This document shows, piece by piece, positions 19,165 through 28,663 of a stretch of 64,000 nt of DNA. Location: NCBI GenBank assembly GCA_963791045.1, contig CAWBQK010000007.1, positions 1 to 64,000 of the forward strand, written 5' to 3'. Both the position numbers and the translations under genes were made by a program. Every line of letters starts with the position of its first letter. The first letter of the stretch is position 1. The stretch comes from Candidatus Latescibacterota bacterium (lineage in GTDB: Bacteria; Krumholzibacteriota; Krumholzibacteriia; WVZY01). The notes below the pieces were generated by a model that was given only the letters and a program-made list of their open reading frames with translations, was not told the origin of the DNA and ran no database searches.

Positions 19165-20098
19165 AGGCCTTGTCCAACGTGTTTTCTATTTGCTCACTGC
19201 ACGGCCCGCGTTTTGGTTTCTTGAGATCCTCATAGCGGGGCACCGTTTCATCACGGAAGAAGATACCAACCGGGACGACCTCTTCGAGGCTCGCCAGTTC
19301 TCTCGCCCTGTGGATGTCCAGCGGATCGTGCTCTTCGTGGTTCTTGTAGATCCTGCCAATGGTGTCGCTGATATTTATCCCGTTTTCATGCTTGAGAAGC
19401 AGAACCTTGTCGGGGTTCGATACCACCGAGGAAAAGAAGTCGGGCATGAAATGTGGGCACCGCTGCAGGATTCGAACAAACGAGAACCCTTTATGATGAA
19501 ACGCCTGATGAATGACATCATACAACAATTCAGGAATCCACTCCACGACTTGTGCGACGAATGAGATATTTGATACGCCGAGCGTGGTGCTGAGCGGATT
19601 GAGCGGTCCCAGCGTCTGGCCTCGCGGAGTGGTATTGGTCTTGTACCCCGTGGGAGTCGTTGGGGATGCCTGTTTTTTTGTCAGGCCGTAGATACTGTTG
19701 TCATGGAGCATGCATGTGATGTCCATGTTCAAGCGGATCGCATGGATCCAGTGGGCCGTACCGATACTGCAACAGTCGCCGTCCCCTGTGTTGACAAACA
19801 CATGGAGGTCGGGTCGCCGCATTTTGATCCCTTCGGCGACGGGAAGCGCCCGGCCGTGGAGACCGTGAAAACCATATGTCCCCATATAATGGGGGAATCT
19901 CGCCGCGCAGCCGATGCCGGAAACAAAAGTGGTTTTCTCGGGCGGAAGCTGCTCGTCGCGGCAGAGCCTCTGAACGGCGGCGAGGATTGCGTTGTCGCCG
20001 CATCCCGGGCACCAGCGGGACATCGATCCCTGGTAGGCTTCCAGAGGTTTGTACTCATCCTCAAGATTCAGAATGCATTGTGTTTTTAGACCAAACAT
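19082..20098 (-). CDS. korB: 2-oxoacid:ferredoxin oxidoreductase beta subunit (TPP-binding; substrate not determined)
   Basis: WCPGCG, SGIGC, HGLHGR, GDGD...N-x2-YGLTKKQASPT, ILQRCP. Confidence 0.93.
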   Translation of the reverse strand: MFGLKTQCILNLEDEYKPLEAYQGSMSRWCPGCGDNAILAAVQRLCRDEQLPPEKTTFVSGIGCAARFPHYMGTYGFHGLHGRALPVAEGIKMRRPDLHVFVNTGDGDCCSIGTAHWIHAIRLNMDITCMLHDNSIYGLTKKQASPTTPTGYKTNTTPRGQTLGPLNPLSTTLGVSNISFVAQVVEWIPELLYDVIHQAFHHKGFSFVRILQRCPHFMPDFFSSVVSNPDKVLLLKHENGINISDTIGRIYKNHEEHDPLDIHRARELASLEEVVPVGIFFRDETVPRYEDLKKPKRGPCSEQIENTLDKAFDKFGIQTDAAEVVKSGNGEGSGTGKK

Positions 20099-20102
20099 CG
20101 GA

Positions 20103-22010
20103 CTACCCCTCGCCTATGATGGTTTTGAGACGACGCCGGATTTCAGACTCGATCGCGCCCGGTCTGAATGGCTGCCCGTGAACCCGCGTGAACGAGTCGA
20201 TGTCGAGCAAATACCTGGCGCGGAGAAGCCACCCCAGGTTGGCGAATCTCCGGTTATCCTCATTGATGAGTTCGTCGTCGAGACTGTCGGAGTAATTGAT
20301 TTCGACGCTGAATACGTGTTTGAACCGCTCCATGATCTGTTTGAGTCCCGGAGCCATGGGCTGGAGGAACTTGAGATGGAGCGACGACACCTTGTGACCG
20401 TCACGTTGGAGGCGTTGGACGGCTTCCTCTATTGCGCCCTTGGTGCTGCCCCAGCCAATGACGAGGATGTCACCTTCCGGGTCGCCAAATACTTTTGGCG
20501 TCTTCAGTGTTTTTTGGAATGCAGCGAGTTTGAGGCTCCGGCTTCGGCAGCCTTCTTCGTTAACACCGGGCTCGTAGGCCACCTTGCCCTCGCGTGTGTG
20601 GGCCAGGCCGGTAAGCGTGTACATGCCGTTGGGTTGGCCTGGGATAAAGCGTTGCGACAGGCCTGTCTTGGGGTCCCAGTCGTAGGGCGGGTGTCCCTCG
20701 GGCGCTGGGCTCTGGTCCATCGGCGGCATTGCCCATTCTTTGTTGAATACCGGGCGCGTGAAAGCCTGCTGTCCGGTAGCGAGGTTGGCGTCGCTGAGGA
20801 CGACAACGAGCGTTCGGAATGTCTCGGCGATCTTGCGGGCGGTGATCATAGAGTAGAAACAGTCTTCGATGGTCGCCGCAGCCATGACGATCTTCGGCGC
20901 GTCTCCCGGCGTTCCAAAGATCGACGCAAGGAGGTCCCCCTGTTCGACCTTTGTCGGGAGGCCCGTGCTGGGGCCGCCGCGCTGAACGTTGACCAGGACG
21001 AGAGGAATCTCTCCCATGACCGACAAGCCCATCAGTTCTGTTTTGAGCGCCATGCCCGGACCCGATGTGATGGTGACGGCGCACTTGCCGGCGTACGAAG
21101 CGCCAAGGGCAAAGGCGCACGCGGCGATTTCATCCTCGGCCTGGTGAACGACGCCGCCGACTTCTTCGAAGATGTCGCTGAGGTAATGGGAAGCGGACGT
21201 CGCTGGTGTGATCGGGTACATCGCACACACTTCCATGCCCGATGCGACGACGCCCAAAGCGAGCGACGTATTGCCGTTCATCACGATTTGCGGATCTGTG
21301 ATTCCGCATGACGCCACGCCGAACTTGATGCCAAGATACTTTTCCGCCCAGTTGTAACCCGCTTCGATCAGGTCGATGTTGGGTTTGATGACCTTGTCGC
21401 CCTTTTTCTTGAACTTTTCGACGATTTGGTGGCGGGCGAGCTCGATATTGCGCGTGTAAATCGAGCAAAGCATCCCGAGCACGAACATGTTTTTGCCGCG
21501 CTGCGGATTGTCGACAAGCTTGCGGCATTCCTCCTCAAGAGGTACCTCGTGAACGCGGTAGCCCTCGGCCGTCATTTTGCCGACCATCTGTGTGTATGCT
21601 TCGACGACGTCGGGGTCTGTGTGGGTTTTCCACATGCTTTCGAGGAGGATGGTGCAACCGGGTTTGAACTTGCCCGTCGACATCCCTCCCATAAGAACTT
21701 GTTCGTTGAAAGCGACGACGAGATCGGCGAGGTCGCCGGCATTTGTGATAGGGAAGGACCCTATGCGGATGCGGATGCCGCTTGCGCCGGCGGCGCTGCG
21801 AACCGGCGGCTGAATTTCCGCCGGGATAATCTCGACAGTCCAGACACTGTTGCCCATCTTTGCCGAAACGGTGCCGAACATCTGGCCGGCGGTTTGCGCG
21901 CCTTCACCGGAGTCGGAAACGATTTCAACAATATGGGAGTCCACGATCGTGGGCTCTACAGTCTGTGCCTGCGCGGTGTCTTTGAGTTCTGGATCGGAAG
22001 ATGAGCTCAT
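20103..22010 (-). CDS. korA: 2-oxoacid:ferredoxin oxidoreductase alpha subunit (gamma-alpha fused type)
   Basis: DSGEG N-terminal gamma domain, MYPITP, QAEDEIAA, TSGPG, QRGGPSTGLPTK, GWGST. Confidence 0.94.
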   Translation of the reverse strand: MSSSSDPELKDTAQAQTVEPTIVDSHIVEIVSDSGEGAQTAGQMFGTVSAKMGNSVWTVEIIPAEIQPPVRSAAGASGIRIRIGSFPITNAGDLADLVVAFNEQVLMGGMSTGKFKPGCTILLESMWKTHTDPDVVEAYTQMVGKMTAEGYRVHEVPLEEECRKLVDNPQRGKNMFVLGMLCSIYTRNIELARHQIVEKFKKKGDKVIKPNIDLIEAGYNWAEKYLGIKFGVASCGITDPQIVMNGNTSLALGVVASGMEVCAMYPITPATSASHYLSDIFEEVGGVVHQAEDEIAACAFALGASYAGKCAVTITSGPGMALKTELMGLSVMGEIPLVLVNVQRGGPSTGLPTKVEQGDLLASIFGTPGDAPKIVMAAATIEDCFYSMITARKIAETFRTLVVVLSDANLATGQQAFTRPVFNKEWAMPPMDQSPAPEGHPPYDWDPKTGLSQRFIPGQPNGMYTLTGLAHTREGKVAYEPGVNEEGCRSRSLKLAAFQKTLKTPKVFGDPEGDILVIGWGSTKGAIEEAVQRLQRDGHKVSSLHLKFLQPMAPGLKQIMERFKHVFSVEINYSDSLDDELINEDNRRFANLGWLLRARYLLDIDSFTRVHGQPFRPGAIESEIRRRLKTIIGEG

Positions 22011-22526
22011 TATTGGGGATTTTTGGAAATTACGAGTGTGGTCCTCACTCGCGGTGGCAGGGCGCGTTCCAGTCGCACGGTCAACAATGTGAAAGCCTCA
22101 TTCAGAGGCGGCCACAAAAATCGGCAGTCCGGCTGATTGCACTCAGTCTCACCTGTTTGCTGGACACGCTGACCTTCTTGTTTGCTGTCATGTTAATCAA
22201 CAAGTCTACGCTTGTCTGTCAAAAAGGTCGCAACGGCACTCGGCATACCGAGCCGTCTCTGCCAAATCGTTCGGCTCTTTGCGGAGCCGATAAAAACTCG
22301 ACCGTCACGAGCGTGTTTTTCCGTGGAAAACCGATCGTTCGCGAACGGTCTTTGCGGGGAACGAGTCCCCCGTTTAACGGGACGGACGGTCAACACCGAT
22401 TGACTCGGGGATTGCCGTCCGTTTTGCATTCGCTGTAATATATGACAAACATCAATAGGGTTACAATGAGTTTTTCGGAAAAACAGGCCGTGCATTTTTC
22501 ACGCCAAAAATCGTCGAAGTCTGTGT

Positions 22527-22544
22527 TTGTGAAACCCTTCTCAA
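22527..22544. promoter_or_regulatory. Rex-type operator candidate
   Basis: TTGTGAA-ACCC-TTCTCAA, one mismatch to TTGTGAA-N4-TTCACAA, in the divergent region between the OFOR-Rnf operon and pfkB. Confidence 0.5.
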
Positions 22545-22554
22545 AGGTAGGTCG

Positions 22555-23439
22555 ATGGGTCGGCTGATTGTCGGAATTGGTGAACTTTTGTGGGATATTC
22601 TCCCGGGCGGAAAGCAGCTCGGTGGGGCTCCGGGCAACTTCGCCTGGCATTCCCGGTCGCTGGGCCATCGGGGGAGTGTGTTTTCTTCGGTGGGGGACGA
22701 CTCGGAAGGCCGGGAGGCGCTTGCGCGCTTGAAAGGTTTGGGGCTGGAGACCGGCGGGATATCGATCGACCCGTCGTACCCGACGGGGAGGTCGACGGTG
22801 GCGGTGGACGATGACGGTGTTCCGAGCTTTCACGTCCACGAGAATGCGGCATGGGATCACATTCCGATGGGACCCGTTCTGGAGAAAGCCGCCCCGAGGG
22901 CCGATGCGGCGTTCTTTGGAACGCTGGGCCAGCGGGCGGAAACATCCCGTTTGACCACCCAGGCGTTCTTGAAACGCATGCGTCCGGACGCGATCAAGCT
23001 GTTCGATCTCAACCTTCGCTCTCCATGGTACAGCGACGATACAATTGAACGCGGTCTTGCAGCTGCGACGGTGGTCAAACTGAACGACGACGAGCTGACC
23101 GTCGTCTCGAAGCTGGCCGGGCTCAACGGGTCACCGCTGGAACGCCTGGCCCAGCTGGCGAAGCGCTTCGACCTCAGGGCGGTCGCGCTCACACGAGGTC
23201 CTTCGGGCAGCGTCCTCTATATAGATGGACGCCTGTCGGTTGAGCCGGCTGTCTCCGTCGAGGTTGTCGACACGGTGGGGGCGGGGGACGCCTTTGCCGC
23301 CGCGCTTGTCGCCGGGCTTCTCGAAGGCCACGATTTGGATCGCGTTAACAGACACGCCAACCGGGTGGCGTCCTTCGTTTGCTCGCGCGCGGGAGCCACT
23401 CCCATTCTGCCGCCCGACCTCTTGAAGCCCCGTGATTGA
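22555..23439 (+). CDS. PfkB-family carbohydrate kinase (fructokinase-like)
   Basis: GELLWD, GGAPGN, FDLNLR, KLNDDEL, DTVGAGDAF. Confidence 0.95.
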   Translation: MGRLIVGIGELLWDILPGGKQLGGAPGNFAWHSRSLGHRGSVFSSVGDDSEGREALARLKGLGLETGGISIDPSYPTGRSTVAVDDDGVPSFHVHENAAWDHIPMGPVLEKAAPRADAAFFGTLGQRAETSRLTTQAFLKRMRPDAIKLFDLNLRSPWYSDDTIERGLAAATVVKLNDDELTVVSKLAGLNGSPLERLAQLAKRFDLRAVALTRGPSGSVLYIDGRLSVEPAVSVEVVDTVGAGDAFAAALVAGLLEGHDLDRVNRHANRVASFVCSRAGATPILPPDLLKPRD

Positions 23440-23670
23440 CCGGTTGGGTCCAACACCGGATCGACGCGGCCGCGCGGGAAGCGCGGTGAGTCAACACGCT
23501 CATAACTTATTGTTTAAAAGTATATTGTGAATCTTGCTTCGAGTGGAGACGTTGTTGAGCAATACTCTCGCGAAGGTACGCCGATCTCTCTCATGTATGA
23601 TTTGTCGCATACCCGTGCGGCTAAAACCGCTTGGATTTAACACTTGCCTTTAGCCTGCCCGTGGAAGTCA

Positions 23671-23699
23671 TTGATAATGTTGAGAATGTGTGATAAAAT
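23671..23699 (+). promoter_or_regulatory. Sigma-70 promoter of the giant-protein locus
   Basis: TTGATA-N17-TAAAAT with extended -10 TG. Confidence 0.6.
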
Positions 23700-23757
23700 A
23701 CGCGAGTAACCTGTACATGCCAATCGCTTCGCTTAAGGCAAGAAAAGGAGTTTCGTC

Positions 23758-26700
23758 ATGAAGAGAACCGCCCTTGTTGGGGTGGGCGTTCTTGTGCTTT
23801 TCTGTGCCCTGCTCTCGAGCAGCGCGTCCTATCCGGAAAAACACTCAGCCGCCCTCACTCCTCTGCTTTCCAATCTTACACTCACATCGACATCCGGACT
23901 GGATCTCACGCACGATGATCTTGTGTGCGCTTTCGATCTGTCCGGTGACGCAACAACGACGGCGACGGCGTGGTACATCGGTGACTCGCCCCCGGCGCCG
24001 ATCATGGTGCTGTATGCGCCGTTCGAGGGCGGGGCGACAAGCGCGCTCGTCGACTATTCGGGAAACAGCTTGCCGGTGTCCCCAAACGGTGACCCTACAT
24101 GGGACGCGACAGGCGGTCACGACGGCAACGGTGCGTTTGTTTTTGATGGAAACGACGACCTTACGGGGGGCGAGAATTTCCCCGTCGGATCTTCATACAC
24201 AAAAACAGCGTGGGTATACCGGACGGGAAGCGGGAACAACGGCGGAAACAACGTTATGGCTGGTGACGCCAACGGCGGTGGACATGCTTTCTGGGCGCCC
24301 GACTCCTACGGCAACAAGCTCTCCGCCGGACACAACGGCACGTGGAACTCCGTCCAGGACGGAGTTGCCCTTGCTCTCAATACGTGGTTTTTCGTCGCGG
24401 TGTCTTGGGATGCCGCCACAAACGAGATGGTACTCTACAAGAATGGCGAACCGATCGACAACGCAACGGTTTCCGCGCTGGTTACCGACGCGACGATCTC
24501 GATTGGCTCTTTCGGTTATGGCAACGGGTACATGTGGCAGGGAACGCTCGACGATGTCAGGCTCTACAATCGGGCGCTGTCAGCGGAGCAGATTCAAGCG
24601 ATGTATTACGACGGCTCCAATGTCATCAAGTACGCCGAAACAGAAGTCGGTGACATCTGGCAGGCGCGAGTCACTCCTTTTTCTCAGAGCGAAGCAGGAA
24701 CAACAACAAACAGCGACACGCTCGTTGTCCTGGCTGGATCACCGATAGTGCCGGAGATCACATCGGCGCCTTCGACATCGGCGGTCGTCGGCCAACTTTA
24801 CACCTATGATGCCGACGCGACGGGAAGCCCCGCGGTGGTATTCGCGCTCAGCGGCTCTCCCGCGGGAATGACGATAAACGCTTACACCGGCCTCATCGAA
24901 TGGACGCCGTCCGCGCCGGGAAGCCAGTTGGTGTCGGTCGACGCCTCGAACTCCGCCGGGACGGACAATCAAACCTATGAGATTACGATTACCGCGGGCC
25001 CCGTGCCCGGAATCGAAAACCTCGCGTTGACTTCAACATCGGGGAACGATTTGCCCGCCGACGATCTTACGTGTACGTACGATCTCGCCGGCGTGGCGAC
25101 GACGGCGGCGACGGCCTGGTACGCCGGGTTCATCGCCACCGCTTTCACCTGTAATGGTCTTGATGATGCCCTTCGAAGGGGGAGCGACAAACGCGCTCAT
25201 CGACTATTCAGGGAACAGCTTGCCCGTGACGCCAAACGGCGATCCTACATGGGATGCGACCGCCGGTCACGACGGCAACGGTGCGTTTGTTTTTGATGGA
25301 AACGATGACCTGGCCGCAGGCGAGAATTTCCCCGTCGGATCTTCATATACGAAAACGGCGTGGGTGTACCGGACGGGAAGTGGTGCTAACGGTGGAAACA
25401 ACGTTATGGCCGGTGACGCCAACGGCGGCGGCCACGCTTTCTGGGCGCCTGACTCCTACGGTAACAAGCTCTCCGCCGGTCACAACGGCACATGGAATTC
25501 CGTCCAGGATAATGTCGCGCTTGCTCTCAACACGTGGTTCTTCGTCGCGTTGTCCTGGGATGCGGACAGCGGCAAGATGGTAATGTACAAGGACGGCGTG
25601 GCGATTGACAGCGCGACGGTAACGGCTCAGGTGACCGACGCAACCATATCAATCGGTTCTTTTGGCGCAAGCAATGGCTATATGTGGATGGGGACGCTCG
25701 ACGACGTTCGTCTTTATAACCGGGCCCTCACGTCCGAACAGATCTTCTCCCTCTACAACGGCCCGAATGTTATCCGGTCGACCGAAACGGCGGCCGGCGA
25801 CCTCTGGGTCGCCTGCGTGACACCATTTTCGGCAAGCGCAGCAGGCGTGACGGCATGTGCCGACACCATCGCCATCCAGGCTCTCCCTGAGCGACCCGAG
25901 ATCACAACGGCGCCGCCGACGACGGCAATTGTGGGTCAGCTCTACTCGTACGACGTCGACGCGACCGGTTTTCCAGTGCCGACCTATTCGCTTGGAGACC
26001 ATCCGGCGGGTATGACGATCGATACGCTCACCGGTCTCGTTCAGTGGACCCCCGCAACGGATGGCAGCACACTTGCCACCGTGGTTGCGATGAACAGCGC
26101 AGGCGCGGACAGCCAGACCTACGAGATTGTGGTTTCGGAACCGCCACCGTGTCCGCTCGAGCTTGTCCACTATTACAAGTTTGACGATGCCGCTGAGCCC
26201 TACGAGGACTTCATCTTGGGGAACGATGGTATTTGCGTGACGGATTGTCCGGTGTTGGTGGCCAGCCCGTTGAATGGCGCGCAGCTGTTCGATGGTGAGG
26301 TTGACGAAGTTGACTTGCCGGATGACGGCACCTTCGACTGGCCCTCGGATGCGAGCTTCACAATAGAATTCTGGATGAAGACAAACGAGAGTCGATCGGG
26401 GAACCGGGTCATCATTGGCCGCGATGCGGGGTCGGCAAGCGGCCTCCATTGGTGGATCGGTATGGACGGCAACCGCACGGTTCGTTTCCAGTGCCGCGAC
26501 ACGAGCGGCAGTGGGCTCTACCTCGGCGGCACCGGTCCGGTGCTCAATGATGACGAGTGGCACCACATCGTTGCCGTGCGGGACAACGACGCGGACATTA
26601 ATATGATCTATGTCGATGGTGATCTCATAGACGACGGGGCCTATAATTACGCTAACGGTTTCGAGGCCGATGTTCCGGTGAACGTCGGTTACCTCGTCCT

Positions 26701-28543
26701 TGGCGGTTACTACCGTTATCTCGGCAACCTCGATGAACTTGCAATCTACGACCGGGCGCTGCAGGAAAGCGAAATCGACGAACATTACGCCAACGGCCTT
26801 CTCGGAGTTGGAATTTGTACAGACGTCGATATAGCACCGGCAATTGTGTCGACACCGGTCACAACGGCGTCGGTTGGAGAACTCTACGCATACGACGTCA
26901 ACGCGACGGGGAACCCGGCGCCCACCTATGGGCTCACCGCGAACCCGGCGGGCATGACGATCGATCCGGTATCGGGTCTTATCCAGTGGACCCCCGCGGC
27001 GGCGGGCAGCGCGTTCGTAACCGTCGAGGCGGCCAACTCGGTGGGGACGGACACGCAAAGCTACGCGATTGCGATTTTCGCGCCACCGGCCCTGGCCAAT
27101 CTCGAATTGACTTCGACCAATTTTGGTCTCTACGCGACGACCGATGATCTCCTCTGTCAGTACGACCTTACAGATGGCGCTATCACCGCGGCGACGTCGT
27201 GGTACGTCAGCGGCTCACCGCTAATTCCTCTTATGACGCTTTACCTGCCGTTCGAGGGCGGCGCGGTGAATGCACTGAATGACTATTCAGGCAACGGTAT
27301 CACGACGACGCCGCACGGCAACACGCTGTGGAACGCGACCGCGGGCCATGACGGCTTCGGAGCGTTCGTGTTCGACGGCAACAGCGATATTGGTGCGGGC
27401 GAGAATTTCCCGCTCTCGTCGTCGTACACCAAGACGGCATGGGTGTACAGGACGGGGACCGGCGCCAATGGCGGCAACAACGTGATGGCGGGCAATGAGA
27501 ACACTGGCGGGCACGCGCTGTGGGCGCCCGACATGTTCGGCAACCATCTCTCCGGTGGGCACGACGGGACATGGGATATCGTCCAGGACAGCGTACCCCT
27601 GGCGCTCAACCAGTGGTTCTTCGTGGCGCTGAGCTTCGACTACGACACCGGTGTTATGCGGCTCTACAAAGACGATGTCGTTGTTGACAGCGCGGTTGTC
27701 GACCCCGCCAAACGTGACGTGACCGACGCGACCATCTCGGTCGGTTCTTTCGGCGCGCCGAACAGCTGGTCGTGGATGGGAACTCTCGACGATGTGAGGC
27801 TCTACAACCGGGCGTTGACGCACCAGCAGGTTCATGCGCTCTTCTTCGAGGGATCGAATGTCATCGACGCAGCCGAGACCGTGACCGGACAACAGTGGAT
27901 GGTGTGCGTGACGCCGTTCTCAGCGAACGATGCCGGCGCGACCGTATGCACGGATTCGATCACTATAATGGATGAGACAGTTCCGGTGATGGTCCGATCG
28001 TACGAGTCACGGTGGATCGACAATAATGTTGAAATCAGGTGGGTGCTGCACGGAGTGCCGGGCGAGCTCGACTTTGATATTTATCGCTCCGTGTCCGACG
28101 GGCCCTACGATCGGCTCCTCGGCGCGGACATCCGTCGGGACGGCGTGGACTACGTGCTTGTTGATGCTTCGGCGCAACCGGGGCGTGAGTATGCCTACCG
28201 TGTTTCGGTTCTCGAGGATGGCCGGCCGGTGACGTCGTTTGATACGGCTCCCACCGCGGCGGCGCTCAAGCTCGCACTTCACCAGAACCATCCAAACCCG
28301 TTCAACCCGACGACAACGATCGGGTTCACTCTGGACACGAGCGGTCATGTGTCGCTCCGCGTGTACGACATTTCGGGTCGGCTGATCCGGACTCTCGTCG
28401 ACCAGCAAAGAGCGCCCGGGGTCTTTTCTGAAGAGTGGGACGGACGGAACAGTTACGGCGAGCCCGCGGCCAGTGGAATCTATTTCTACAGGCTCACGGC
28501 GGGCAACAAGACACTGACCCGCAAGGCAGTGCTTCTTAAATAA
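23758..28543 (+). CDS. Giant secreted protein 1 (about 1595 aa): 4 LamG/ConA-like domains, 3 Ig/cadherin-like repeats, C-terminal FlgD-Ig/T9SS-like domain (one indel near 25130)
   Basis: AAGGAG RBS, signal peptide; LamG repeats (SYTKTAWV...WFFVA...LDDVRLYNRAL); Ig repeats (YTYDxDATG...PAGMTI...GLIxWTP); tail LHQNHPNPFNPTT...SGIYFYRL...RKAVLLK. Confidence 0.88.
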
Positions 28544-28548
28544 ATACC

Positions 28549-28581
28549 AACCGGGCGGCGGCATGTGTCGCCGCCCGGTTT
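28549..28581 (+). terminator. Strong hairpin between the two giant genes (terminator or mRNA stabiliser)
   Basis: AACCGGGCGGCG...CGCCGCCCGGTT with only a short T tail. Confidence 0.65.
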
Positions 28582-28663
28582 CGGAACAAAGGGAGTATGG
28601 ACAGGACAACCACATCCTTCGCGTAAGTCAAATTTCGCGTCCTTGTACCAGGGAGTATTTGCT

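Noticed and set aside
10983-22010. Reverse TCA carbon-fixation cluster
   Set aside because: No citrate lyase or fumarate reductase is present in the window, and reaction direction and substrate cannot be read from the sequence.
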